DNA of 63,414 bases, counting the filler, from Stramenopiles sp. TOSAG23-3 (Eukaryota), in the NCBI GenBank assembly GCA_900128585.1. It is 11 parts of 11 records of this genome, joined end to end, with 100 filler letters (N's around TTAATTAATTAA, not from the genome) between each part and the next. Parts side by side here need not be neighbours in the genome. Positions count along the whole stretch, not along the records: positions 11,596 to 17,282 come from LT643455.1; positions 17,383 to 23,068 come from LT643456.1; 9 more parts are not named here. One strand, written 5' to 3'. The stretch's first letter is position 1. Every line of letters starts with the position of its first letter. Positions 11,635-21,899 of the stretch are shown one piece after another. Position numbers and translations under genes: made by a program. Below the pieces are notes generated by a model. The model was given only the letters and a program-made list of their open reading frames with translations, made no database searches and was not told the origin of the DNA.

Positions 11635-13188
11635 TTGCCCTCGACGACCCCGCTCTCGACACGATTTGGGGAGTTGTCTAAATATTCGGATGATCTAGCG
11701 ACGCAGCGATCACGAACGTCGTCGGGAAGCCTATCCGGTCGTTATTCCACGTCCTCTTTGAGCTCGTCCACGTCAAACAGGAGAATACGGCCGTCGACGG
11801 CACCGCTTCAACGAATCCTTGGCCATCATTCTGCACAGTCACATGCTCGTTCACATAGAGTCAAATCAGCCCTCACCCAAGTTCACGAAGGCATCGGTAC
11901 CATGGCAAGTTCCAAGACCGAATTACGGCGGTACTTGGCGAAACCCAAAAGCAGAAGAAGAAAGCCTGCCCGGGACATGACGCAAAACCCTTTCGTAGAT
12001 TGGAATCGACTGTTGATGGAAAGCCAAGGAGTTCACATGGCATCGTCGGACGCCGCTCAAGAAAACAATGGGAGCGTCCGTAAAGACCTGAATGAACTCC
12101 AATCCAGCAGGGAAGAGTTTGTTGAGAACTTGGTAGCAATCCTTGTACAATTTGTGAGTATAAACGTTCGTGCAGCGGCGCGTTCGGCGGGAAATTTTAC
12201 TGCATTGAAAAGGTTGGATGGTCAAAACAAGGAAGCGGAAACGAAAGCCAAAATGCAATCAAAATTGGATGCAGATGCAATTGCACTCCGACGGGTAATG
12301 CTAAAACGTGGGGGGGGGTCCGCGTTTGAAGACCAAAATATCAAAATCAACTCCGACGGCGTATGGCTAATTGAGGCGGAGGTTGTCCAGGCCCAAAACG
12401 AACAAAATCGTTACGATTTGGGCAAACTTCAAAGTAAGATTAGTATGGTTATGGAGTCAACGGGAAGGGCCCGAGTCTTGAAAAACAAAAGGCTCCGTGC
12501 CGCGAAGGTAGCAAAGCTACGAAAGAATGCTAACAAGGCAAATAACATGTTTAGCGGCCTAGACAACACGCTCAACACCGATTGGTTCTGGACAATCCCA
12601 GTTGCCGCATTGCAGATGGCGGACATGCGTGCCATTCAAGGCCATAGAAATTTGCTGTTGAGTTTGCGCGGTGGGCAGGACGCCGATGCAGTTTTCCTGA
12701 TGTACGATGAACGGTACGATAGTTCTACGAAGGTCCCGATGAAGGTCTTGGAAAACATAGAGTATGAATTATTAGTCGAGGACCCCGAAACTAGCTGCAT
12801 TGTTGCAGACATTTGGCTGAGTTTTCTCGTTGAGCACGGAGAAAAAGCGACTGCACAACACATTGTGTCTCGCCGGAGTGTCAGTCGAATGGTACACCAA
12901 TTGCGAGAAAAAAATTTGAAGAAGGTGGAGCCCAATGAAACACCCTTGGGCAATGGAGGAAGAGAGCAAAAGGTCGAGACTCTGCTTTCGAAGGGCCGGA
13001 AGCAAATTTCAAGCATGTGGAAAATTGTTAGTGCCAGCAGGGCATACCGGAAAATATTGTTCAAAAATGGAAGTCACCGTAGTATATATAGAGTAGGCCG
13101 TTCTGCGAAAATAAAAGAACTGAACGCAAAGAAGCGCTTCGCAAGACAAATGCAAGCCAGTCGCAGGTGGAAAGGAGGTCGACGGTAA
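11635..13188 (+). CDS. Hypothetical protein, probably 5'-truncated at contig edge
   Basis: 517-codon ORF with coding-like composition; Ser-rich start, basic coiled segments; no family recognised. Confidence 0.7.
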   Translation: MPSTTPLSTRFGELSKYSDDLATQRSRTSSGSLSGRYSTSSLSSSTSNRRIRPSTAPLQRILGHHSAQSHARSHRVKSALTQVHEGIGTMASSKTELRRYLAKPKSRRRKPARDMTQNPFVDWNRLLMESQGVHMASSDAAQENNGSVRKDLNELQSSREEFVENLVAILVQFVSINVRAAARSAGNFTALKRLDGQNKEAETKAKMQSKLDADAIALRRVMLKRGGGSAFEDQNIKINSDGVWLIEAEVVQAQNEQNRYDLGKLQSKISMVMESTGRARVLKNKRLRAAKVAKLRKNANKANNMFSGLDNTLNTDWFWTIPVAALQMADMRAIQGHRNLLLSLRGGQDADAVFLMYDERYDSSTKVPMKVLENIEYELLVEDPETSCIVADIWLSFLVEHGEKATAQHIVSRRSVSRMVHQLREKNLKKVEPNETPLGNGGREQKVETLLSKGRKQISSMWKIVSASRAYRKILFKNGSHRSIYRVGRSAKIKELNAKKRFARQMQASRRWKGGRR

Positions 13189-13798
13189 TTGGTCAGTGGT
13201 GGTGCTCCTTTTTTTACTATTATCCAAAAAAATCGCTTAAAACACATATTTCAATAAGTAAGGTAATATTTTCGGAGTTAATAGTCTATTTATCACTTCG
13301 TGATATTTATACTAATTTAATATAAAAAATAATATTTGCTTAGAAACAAAAGTATTCGTTTTTGTATATTTTTATACTTAATTTCCGAAGCAATATTTCC
13401 GCGTACATAAATATTTTTATCTATAGACTGACTAGCCTATTAAGAAAAAAAGAAGATATACCCGTACTACTTGGTACTACAACAACAACCACCAAAAAAA
13501 GGGAGAATAAAATGAGTACACAACAATAAAAAATCATCAAACTTCTCATTTTATCATTATTCAATAAAAAAGTCAAAAAAAGAGAGAACAGCGTGTTTGA
13601 CAGTCATTATTTCTTTTCATGGATAATAAAAGACATTGCTAGAATTTTTTTGACTTTTTGCGTTCCAGTAGATTTGTACCCTTTCTAAGTTTCAATTACA
13701 AAATTGAACATTTGCTCTTTTTGTTCTTGTAGTGTTGGCATTTGTAGAACAACAGGGAAATCGTTTTCTGGTGGACCTACCTACCGTTTGTCCCTGAA

Positions 13799-14236
13799 AT
13801 GAACTTCGCAAAGTTGAAAGAAAGTACCGTTGCGTCTATATCAAAAGGCCGGGCCACGGCGTCCCACTATCTTGCTGAGAAATCAAATAAAGCCATTGAA
13901 ATTATTTTAAAGGACCTTTCTTGCTTGAATGATATTTTAAAAACCCTAAATTGCCGGGTTGAAAATGCCAGTTTAATTATGAAGTCGGCGGGCTTACCCG
14001 AAATCTCGGTCGACGTTGACAGGGGCGAAGGCCTTGACGTGAACGCGCTGGAGGCTGCTGCAGGGGATGGCGAAAGAAGCGTGGGGGTACGTGCGGCCTT
14101 GAAGGCTCTATTGATGACCACAAAATTGGACGCAATTGTCGACTCCCATGGTATGCGGCCTGGGTTTGTACGCATAAACATTTCAGCAAACCCACTCGCA
14201 GAATCGATTGAAGTTGGACTGAGGTTCAATGAGTAA
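13799..14236 (+). CDS. Hypothetical 145-aa protein
   Basis: ATG-initiated ORF coinciding with a GC-richer island; globular-looking sequence. Confidence 0.65.
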   Translation: MNFAKLKESTVASISKGRATASHYLAEKSNKAIEIILKDLSCLNDILKTLNCRVENASLIMKSAGLPEISVDVDRGEGLDVNALEAAAGDGERSVGVRAALKALLMTTKLDAIVDSHGMRPGFVRINISANPLAESIEVGLRFNE

Positions 14237-14749
14237 ACAGCTCGAGTACTGTTGCTGACAACACCCCCGTAGGGCGGTGTGTCCGAAACATCGTGCGCTA
14301 GCACATCATGGAAAGCTGAAGTAGAAGTGTTAATTTCCCTTGTTTTTTTAGAAAATTGTAAGTACGATATTCTGGTATTTTATAATTAGGTGATTGTCGC
14401 TGCCTTTCCTTCTTCTACCGACAGAAAAAACTGCTAGCCCTCCTGGGCATTCCTTGCGAGTCTTGCCAACAAACAGTGTCTATGTATTTTAAACGTCTAC
14501 CAAAGAAGATGCACGCACAAATCCTCTCTTTTTAATTTTGTGGCTTGCACGATCATGTGCAGCTGTATCTTTTTGTATTTGTGATTCGGTTCCTATCTAA
14601 GCCTAACGTGGTTTACTATGTACCTAGATAACTAAAATGTTTACCAACACTTCGCAAGCATTCAATGTCCCCCAACAATTGGTGCTTACCATTGGAAACG
14701 GTCTATGTATGAATTGTCGCAACGGTGCAGTGCAACAGTTTTTTTGTCT

Positions 14750-16981
14750 TCACTCGGTTGCAGGTGCCCCGTTCTGCTCTGCGCCAGCTCCAGGTTGCTG
14801 CTGCTGCGCAAAGTGCTGTTGCGTCTGCATCTGCTGCTGCGGGTCGTATTGAAACATCCCAAAGCCTTGCTGCTGCATCATTTGATTCTGCTGCTGCTGG
14901 GCCTGCTGCGCGGCGTTGCCAAGGTTGGCCTGCCCGAACGAGTTCCTACCACCCGGCTGGCCTTGGCTATTGTTCAGCTGCTGTCCGCCGGACATGTCTC
15001 CCCATCCGCCAGTCTGCTGACCAGTCATTCCGAAGCCGTTCATGCCGCCCAAGCCGAAGGATCCCATTCCCATCGCGGAGTTCATGTCCATGGCGCTCAT
15101 GCCCATGTTCATGGAATTCATGTCCATGCCCATGCCGCTCAAGGAATCGTACCCTCCGCCGCCGCCCATTTGGAACGCTTGCTGGCCCATGATGTTTCCG
15201 CCCATCGGATTTCCACCCATGCCACCGAACGATCCAAAGCCCATGCCCATGGGAATGGTGTTGTTTGGGTCCGCCATTGCACCAAAGCCTTCGCCACCAT
15301 GCCCGAAGTAGCCCCCTTGCTGTCCCACGGAGGCCGCTTGTTGTTGCTGCTGCTGGCGCACGCCCTGGTTGGAGGGTCGGTTTCCATCGCCGCTCGGGCC
15401 CTTTGTACCTTTATCGCTGTCTACTTTGTTGCCGTCGGCATTGGCGCTGGAGTCGTTGCTGAAGCCTTCGTTTGCGTTCCCTTGGGCCTGCATTGCGCCG
15501 TTGCTCAGGTTGCCCATGTTCGATGCACCCGCCCCGAACTGCTGCTGCATTTGCCCTTGCTCTTCCATGGTCTGCATCATCATTTGTTGCATTCGTTGGA
15601 GCTGCTGCTGCCTGGCCTGCAAGGCTTGCTGCTGCAGCATGGCTTGCTGCGCAGCAACGGCCTGCTGTTGGACCATTTGGGCTTGCGCCATTTGCATCTG
15701 CTCTGGGGTCATTTGCTGCGGAAAATTCTGCTGTTGCTGGGAGGCTGCGCCCGGCTGGGCAGTGGGCGCCCGCTGGCCGTTGGCCTGGCTTGCGCCCTGG
15801 GCGTCTTCCTTCTTCTCCGCGGGCGCGCTGTCCTTCGGGGCTCCGCTCGACACTACGTTGGCCCACGACATGTTCCGCTGTTGAGGGGGCGGGACTGGGA
15901 TGGAAACGACGCCACTCGCGGCGGCCCCGCTGCCCACGTTGTTGATGGGAATGGGGGCACTGCCGTAGCTCTTGACGCCGCCGGCTACGGGGGCCGGCTT
16001 GGCCGGGGATGCCGTGCGTGGGGTAGCGCGCTTGACCTCGGCCTCTTTTTTGTCTATGATATGCATGCGGTTTTCTAATGCTTTGTCGACGGATTCGCTC
16101 TCGGCGAAAATGACGAACCCGAAACCGCGGGATTTATTGGTTTCACGGTTGTACATAACTTCACTGGACACGATCTTGCCGTACTGCTCGAAGTACTTCC
16201 GGAGCCCGGCCTTGTCGGTGTCGTAGTGCAGACCACCGACGAAGATCTTCTTGCACTGGCTCTCCCCCGTGGGGGCGGCAGCGGCCGGGGGTTGCGGGGG
16301 TTGCGGGGCCTTTGGCGGTGCTGCATTCGAGGATTTGTTCGCTTCGCTACTGGTCGCGCTAATACTACCATTTATTCCGGGGGTGGTGGGGGGGGCGCCT
16401 TGCGGCCGTGCGGGCGCCGCGAGCCCAGGGTTCGGCTTGCTGGCCACTACGGTCGCGGCCGAGGGAGCACCGTTGGTGGCGCTCGTCGCGCCTCCGGAAC
16501 TAGCTTTACTCGCCCAACTGCTGGTTGGGGCAAGGCCCTGGGCATTATTATTACTAGATGCCTGACCGGACGCGGAAGGGCCGCCACTACTGTTGCTATT
16601 ACTACTCGGGTTGCCCCTGTTACTGTTACTTCTAGCATCGTATGTATTGGACGAGGACCTGCCGCCGCGGCCGCCAGACGGCGCGCGGCGTATGTGGCCG
16701 CCGTTGCCGGGGGTGGCGTCCCGTGGCGTTGCTTTTTTCGCCTCTACTTGTCGTTTATCGAGAATGTGTGGTCGGTCGTAAGCTAGGCAATCGTCTGCCC
16801 CCTTCTCCGTTTTGAACGTGACGAACCCGAACCCTCGTGAGCGCTTGGTAATGTTGTCACGCAGGACGAACGCGTCTGTGACCTCCCCGAACTGGGAAAA
16901 ATACGAGCGGAACGTCTCGTCCGTCGTATCGAAACTAAGCCCACCTATGAACAACTTACCGGATTGGTTGCTGCTGGACAT
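14750..16981 (-). CDS. Two-RRM RNA-binding protein (Musashi/DAZAP1/hnRNP A/B-like) with Q/G/M/N-rich low-complexity C-terminus
   Basis: RNP2/RNP1 twice: KLFIGGL..RSRGFGFVTF and KIFVGGL..KSRGFGFVIF. Confidence 0.95.
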   Translation of the reverse strand: MSSSNQSGKLFIGGLSFDTTDETFRSYFSQFGEVTDAFVLRDNITKRSRGFGFVTFKTEKGADDCLAYDRPHILDKRQVEAKKATPRDATPGNGGHIRRAPSGGRGGRSSSNTYDARSNSNRGNPSSNSNSSGGPSASGQASSNNNAQGLAPTSSWASKASSGGATSATNGAPSAATVVASKPNPGLAAPARPQGAPPTTPGINGSISATSSEANKSSNAAPPKAPQPPQPPAAAAPTGESQCKKIFVGGLHYDTDKAGLRKYFEQYGKIVSSEVMYNRETNKSRGFGFVIFAESESVDKALENRMHIIDKKEAEVKRATPRTASPAKPAPVAGGVKSYGSAPIPINNVGSGAAASGVVSIPVPPPQQRNMSWANVVSSGAPKDSAPAEKKEDAQGASQANGQRAPTAQPGAASQQQQNFPQQMTPEQMQMAQAQMVQQQAVAAQQAMLQQQALQARQQQLQRMQQMMMQTMEEQGQMQQQFGAGASNMGNLSNGAMQAQGNANEGFSNDSSANADGNKVDSDKGTKGPSGDGNRPSNQGVRQQQQQQAASVGQQGGYFGHGGEGFGAMADPNNTIPMGMGFGSFGGMGGNPMGGNIMGQQAFQMGGGGGYDSLSGMGMDMNSMNMGMSAMDMNSAMGMGSFGLGGMNGFGMTGQQTGGWGDMSGGQQLNNSQGQPGGRNSFGQANLGNAAQQAQQQQNQMMQQQGFGMFQYDPQQQMQTQQHFAQQQQPGAGAEQNGAPATE

Positions 16982-17282
16982 TTTTCCTTATTGTTTTAAA
17001 TACTAACAAACTCTAATAGCCTATGTATGTGGATAAGTCGGTGCCTTTGTCTCGAGGCCCTTTATATATAAATACGGGGAAGGGAACGGTAGTACGCACT
17101 AATTCCTTTACAAACTAATATCTCTTGTTTTAGTTTTTTGTTCACCTCACTTGTAGAACTGTACTTCTTTGGTAGAATAGTAATTCTCAAGAATAAAACA
17201 ATGGATACGAGTGTATCTTCTTTCTTTCCATTCTTTTTCACTTCTTTCTATCTACAGTATTTGTGTGGTCACAATTGCATTT

Positions 17283-17382
17283 NNNNNNNNNNNNNNNNNN
17301 NNNNNNNNNNNNNNNNNNNNNNNNNNTTAATTAATTAANNNNNNNNNNNNNNNNNNNNNNNNNNNNNNNNNNNNNNNNNNNN
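17283..17382. other. Artificial contig linker
   Basis: N44-TTAATTAATTAA-N44. Confidence 0.98.
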
Positions 17383-17407
17383 ATGCGAGCGGGGTGCCAA
17401 AACCATC

Positions 17408-18466
17408 GTGGACCTAGAGCTGGGAGGCTCAGAAGACGACGACGACGACGACGTTGAGAGTGGGACATCTTCGGAGAGATCGTTCCATTTTCAAGAAGAA
17501 GAAGGTGAAAAAAAAGCTGCTAGTGTCGAAGGCAAGTCGGAATTTCTGGACGACGAACCAACGCACGAGACTCAGGATGAGTGTGAGTCACAAGAGGAGT
17601 ATGGCACCGCAGCAGACCCCGGGGCAGAAGTCTCAACTGAGGCCAGCACGGAAGAGCCTTCGGTACCACTCCGAGCCCACACTTTAGTAGCGCGACCGGT
17701 GTCTAAGCCTCTGTCACAAGGCTCATTTCGTGCTTCAACACCAGCGTCATCAAACGCGTCGTCACAGTTGGGCTATCGTCGCACAGCAATGACGCCGACC
17801 GTGCGCGTAGCAACGGCAGCAGTTTCGGCCATTCGAATGGCAGAGATGGAAAAAGAGAGGAGAAAAAACACAGCGAAAAAATTTGTTGCCTTAATGCGCA
17901 CTCAAGCTGACCAAAGAAAGGCTAAGCAGGACGCACAGCTGCGAAAATCTCTCTTGGAGCATACTTATAAATGGGCCATTGCAGAACGAGACCGTACCAC
18001 CATGGCTCACTCAGGGACTTGGAACGGGACCGTTGTCGGTGATAGAGACACTACATCCCGGCAGAACCAGGATGCTATTGCTCGGGCTGCTCTGCTAAAT
18101 ACCCGTGCAGATACAGTTCCAAGATTTATGGCGGAAGGATTGGAAAGATTAATTCGGACTGCGTCCCGCTCTTCGAGTATGGGACGACCAATGACCCAGG
18201 AAGGCATGCAGATGATGGCAGGAATGGGTGACGGGGCAGGAAATTCCCCCATTCCTAACATCCCAATATCTCCCATGAGGTCAGCCGGCCACAGGGGGCT
18301 TCACAATTCCAAATCTATGCCAGGTATAAGATCGAAAAAGACAACCACATCGAGGAGGCGAAAAGTGAAAAAAAAACGTAGGTATTCCAACACGAAGAAA
18401 TTGACTGCCCTCAGAAGTCCTCCACAGGTGGAGGGCATTGTTGATCTCAGTAGTGACTGGCCGTAA
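17408..18466 (+). CDS. Hypothetical protein, 5'-truncated C-terminal part (acidic then basic low complexity)
   Basis: 352-codon ORF starting near the contig edge. Confidence 0.7.
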   Translation: MDLELGGSEDDDDDDVESGTSSERSFHFQEEEGEKKAASVEGKSEFLDDEPTHETQDECESQEEYGTAADPGAEVSTEASTEEPSVPLRAHTLVARPVSKPLSQGSFRASTPASSNASSQLGYRRTAMTPTVRVATAAVSAIRMAEMEKERRKNTAKKFVALMRTQADQRKAKQDAQLRKSLLEHTYKWAIAERDRTTMAHSGTWNGTVVGDRDTTSRQNQDAIARAALLNTRADTVPRFMAEGLERLIRTASRSSSMGRPMTQEGMQMMAGMGDGAGNSPIPNIPISPMRSAGHRGLHNSKSMPGIRSKKTTTSRRRKVKKKRRYSNTKKLTALRSPPQVEGIVDLSSDWP

Positions 18467-18873
18467 TACGATAAAAGTACATTTTTAACTCATCGTATTC
18501 CAGCTTTCTATACAATAAAATAACAATAAAAGGAACCTCAAATTTAATAGGGGATTTCTCTCTTATTTTATAAATAAAACAGTTGTTGTTATAATATAGT
18601 TATAAACGAAATAGAGCCATAATATATCGGATAATCTAAACTAATGCTGCGTGCTTCGTGCTGCGTTCATTACTACGGTATTTACTTCTGTGAGCTATGA
18701 GTAGCTTTATTAAATAACGATGTTTCTTCACTCAAAATATAGTATATGTACGATTATGCTACCACGCACACTTCGAGTCTATTTCATTGTTGGGGAAATA
18801 TTTAAACCCATGTGTGTTGAAATGGCTCGAATGACCAGCTGTTGGTTTCGCTTAACGATTAAAAAAATCGGAG

Positions 18874-20121
18874 ATGTTATCAAACGAAACGCTTGCTTTT
18901 CGCCTGGAAGAGGATGACGACCAGTTCAGGGTGGTGTGCGGGATTTTGCACACGGTCTTTTTCCCACTTTTAGTTTTGACCGCGTACGTCACAACGAGGA
19001 AATTATACGATATGAATCAGCGGAACAAGGCCACAGAAGGAATGCGGGTCGTTCCCTTGTTTGTAATGTGTGCTGGGTTTTATGGGGTCAGCTCGATCTC
19101 CTCTCTGGCTGGGGGGTTTTCCCGGTCTTTTCTTGTAGTTGGCGACAGCACCTACAAAATCAACCAAAAGGGATATTTAAACTCAGAGGCAACGCCATGG
19201 TGCAAAGTCAGCGGCGTGTTCATGAACTTTGGTGCTAACGGGATGATTGTCATGTCATTTTCTTTAGTATGGAACGCATACAGACTGCTTACTGCTCCCC
19301 CACGGGGTCGACGAGTGCACTCACAAGCAAACGATTTTAAGAGCTGGAGAACATTACTGAAAGAGTCTCCATGGAAAGCTCTTTTGCCATTTTCGTTTTT
19401 CTGTTCCATTGTTAGTGTTAGCACCACGGAGTACGGACCGCTCGCTCTGTACTGCTGGATTCGGTGCAAAGAGAATGGTATCGATGCAAAATATACAAAC
19501 AACAGCAAGTGCTGGATGCGCTTGTTGACAATGTATTTCTGGTTCTTTGTCATCGGTCTTCCAACAGTTTTCTGCGCCGTTAAATTGATGCTTCATTTGA
19601 AAAAAAATGCTCCCCCAAGGTCTAAACACCATGCTATCCATGAAAGCCCTGGAATCGCCAAAGTCACAAAGAGAGAAAATGCTATTGCAAAAGCAGCGAA
19701 AAGCATTGCTATTTTCACCTGTTTGTTTGGTTTAGTCATGGCAGCCTCATTCTTGATACGTATTCGTAGTTCTATAGACCCGGACCCAAAGGCCGAGGGT
19801 AGAGCTACAATAGTGGAATTGTTGACATCGCTTATTTACCCAGTTGGCTTTTATATGTTTGGTTTACCAAACATGAATTACTTGAATTGCAAATGGAAGG
19901 CTGGGGAAATGGTTCAGAGTGAATCACAACTAACAAGCCACAACTCTTCCACTGCTGAGGTAGGCAGAAGAAGGCTCTCCTCCAACGCAGACGTCGATTC
20001 TTCCAAACAAAAAGGCAGCCCATACGTTATCGATAGGAAGGATACGAAAGCGGACGTAGACGTGAAAGTAGTGGACCATGTGATAACAGACAAGGTTTCC
20101 ACCAGCAGCGAAACGGCGTAG
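18874..20121 (+). CDS. 7-TM GPCR-like protein (cAMP-receptor/GCR1-like)
   Basis: About seven hydrophobic segments; WCKVSG before TM3; YGPLALYCWIR extracellular loop 2 motif; Ser/Thr-rich tail. Confidence 0.75.
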   Translation: MLSNETLAFRLEEDDDQFRVVCGILHTVFFPLLVLTAYVTTRKLYDMNQRNKATEGMRVVPLFVMCAGFYGVSSISSLAGGFSRSFLVVGDSTYKINQKGYLNSEATPWCKVSGVFMNFGANGMIVMSFSLVWNAYRLLTAPPRGRRVHSQANDFKSWRTLLKESPWKALLPFSFFCSIVSVSTTEYGPLALYCWIRCKENGIDAKYTNNSKCWMRLLTMYFWFFVIGLPTVFCAVKLMLHLKKNAPPRSKHHAIHESPGIAKVTKRENAIAKAAKSIAIFTCLFGLVMAASFLIRIRSSIDPDPKAEGRATIVELLTSLIYPVGFYMFGLPNMNYLNCKWKAGEMVQSESQLTSHNSSTAEVGRRRLSSNADVDSSKQKGSPYVIDRKDTKADVDVKVVDHVITDKVSTSSETA

Positions 20122-20520
20122 AGAACAGAACAGCATCAGTAGTGCGTGCTTTCGTCGCGCATAAGTTCTTATTAATCCATACAACGCAAAAAAGTTAACG
20201 ATCCTTAAATTTAAAAATAAATTTACTTTAGGAAGCCCTCTTGCTCTTTTAATAATCTCCTCTAAACTTGTCTCGGTAAATTGTTTAACAAGAAAAATGT
20301 TCTTACAGAGCACCAAAATTGTGTTAAATCTTACACCTGCATGAAGCAGGCACAAGTAAATTATCAAAAAAAAACATATTATATTAGTATGCTTTAAGAC
20401 TCTCCCTTTATATCAGTTATCATATAATATATCACATTTTTGTTTTTTCAAATATGTGATGAAATTAGTTTGCTTTTTTCTTGTTGTTGATATGATGACA
20501 TAAGATAAAAGAAATAAACT

Positions 20521-21351
20521 TTATTCTGTTTGCGGTTGCGCTTGGCTCAAAACCGCCGCCAATTTTTCTTCCATCTGTAGCATTGCTGCAATATTTGTCA
20601 AGTCTCCGATGGGCAAAAGCGCCGCGGCACCCTCATTTCCATTTAATTTTGCTAATTCCCATGGAGTGCGTTCCATGTCGTTTATTGGGTCGGGGTGTGC
20701 ACGCGCATTCAAGAGCACTCTGATGATATCTGTTTGTGCAAACCTTGCCGCCCTGTGCAATGCAGTGTTCAGCACGTCGTCCACAGCGTTTACGTCACAA
20801 CCCTTTTCGATAAGGAACCGGACAATAGCAATGTGACCATTTTGAACAGCTTCATGCAAAATGGTACCGTTCGGGTAGCACCCTGGCTGCATGTTCAGAT
20901 TATGACCTTTGGACACAAAGTGCTCTACTGCCTTTAAGTCGCCCCTGGACGCGGAGGTCCAAATATCTACAAGCTCTTCTTGGTAACCTAAATCCTTTAG
21001 CCTCCCCCCTGGAAGTGATTCCGGCCGTTTCTTTTTCGACCGCTCACGCTTTACCTTCTCCTTTCCGGACACCCTGGCCTTGTTCACTGCCTGGGCTTGA
21101 AGGTACATGGAGCTGTGTCCCCGTTTCACATCATGGTGGCCCGGTACATTCACAGTAGCCAAAAACTTTTTGGTCTCTTCCACGTGTTCTGCCGCACTCT
21201 TTACTTTGGCATGCACGTGCTTCTTCTTCTTCTTTTTCTTCTTCTTTTCCACCATTTTCCCTTCCTTTTCTTTACCGCCTTTCCGATCAATAATGCTCTT
21301 TTTCGTACTAAAATTATCTTTCCTTCGTTTGTCTCTCCTTCTTTCATACAT
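20521..21351 (-). CDS. Ankyrin repeat protein with Lys-rich N-terminus
   Basis: TILHEAVQNGHIAIVRFLIEKGCDVN, TALHRAARFAQTDIIRVLL, TPWELA; start codon uncertain. Confidence 0.9.
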   Translation of the reverse strand: MYERRRDKRRKDNFSTKKSIIDRKGGKEKEGKMVEKKKKKKKKKHVHAKVKSAAEHVEETKKFLATVNVPGHHDVKRGHSSMYLQAQAVNKARVSGKEKVKRERSKKKRPESLPGGRLKDLGYQEELVDIWTSASRGDLKAVEHFVSKGHNLNMQPGCYPNGTILHEAVQNGHIAIVRFLIEKGCDVNAVDDVLNTALHRAARFAQTDIIRVLLNARAHPDPINDMERTPWELAKLNGNEGAAALLPIGDLTNIAAMLQMEEKLAAVLSQAQPQTE

Positions 21352-21899
21352 ACATAATAATGCATTTGTTACAATAGCTTAATTATAGCAGAAAATAGAA
21401 ATGAACAAGAGATAAACACAACTCGCGCACCATCATTATATTATAACTAGGACTATTATATAATAATCTTATTGTTAATAATTATTATTTTTTTATTAAA
21501 ATAATAATTCATTTTTCTTTCTTATCGTATGTGCCTGTTAATATACAGCACACAAAACAAAATAAAGTAACGTATACTTTTTTTATTTTCCATCCAAAAA
21601 GAAGAAAGACACTACGATGATGGATGGACTCATGACTCATACCGTAGTGCAGCCGTGTAAAATTTCATTTTTTTTACCCGACTGTTTTAATGCTGTACCA
21701 TGTATCGATATAATCAAGTGTACAGTATCATCATCAGAGCCATACAGTAGTAAAATGTAAGGGAGGAGGATTCCTTATTTTTTTTCCACGATATTCTTTC
21801 TTTCTTCTGCTAACAAAAAAAAAAGACGATAAGAATTTAAACTGTAAAGTAATTCGTAAGAAAACCTGCATAAAGAAGGGGAGGAGGAGCGCGTCATAA

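Noticed and set aside
13867-14304. 145-aa antisense ORF mirroring 13799-14236
   Set aside because: Non-ATG start and shadow-like composition; the + strand ORF is more protein-like
14705-16078. 457-aa Leu/His-rich ORF on the + strand
   Set aside because: Antisense shadow of the Q/M/G-rich RRM gene
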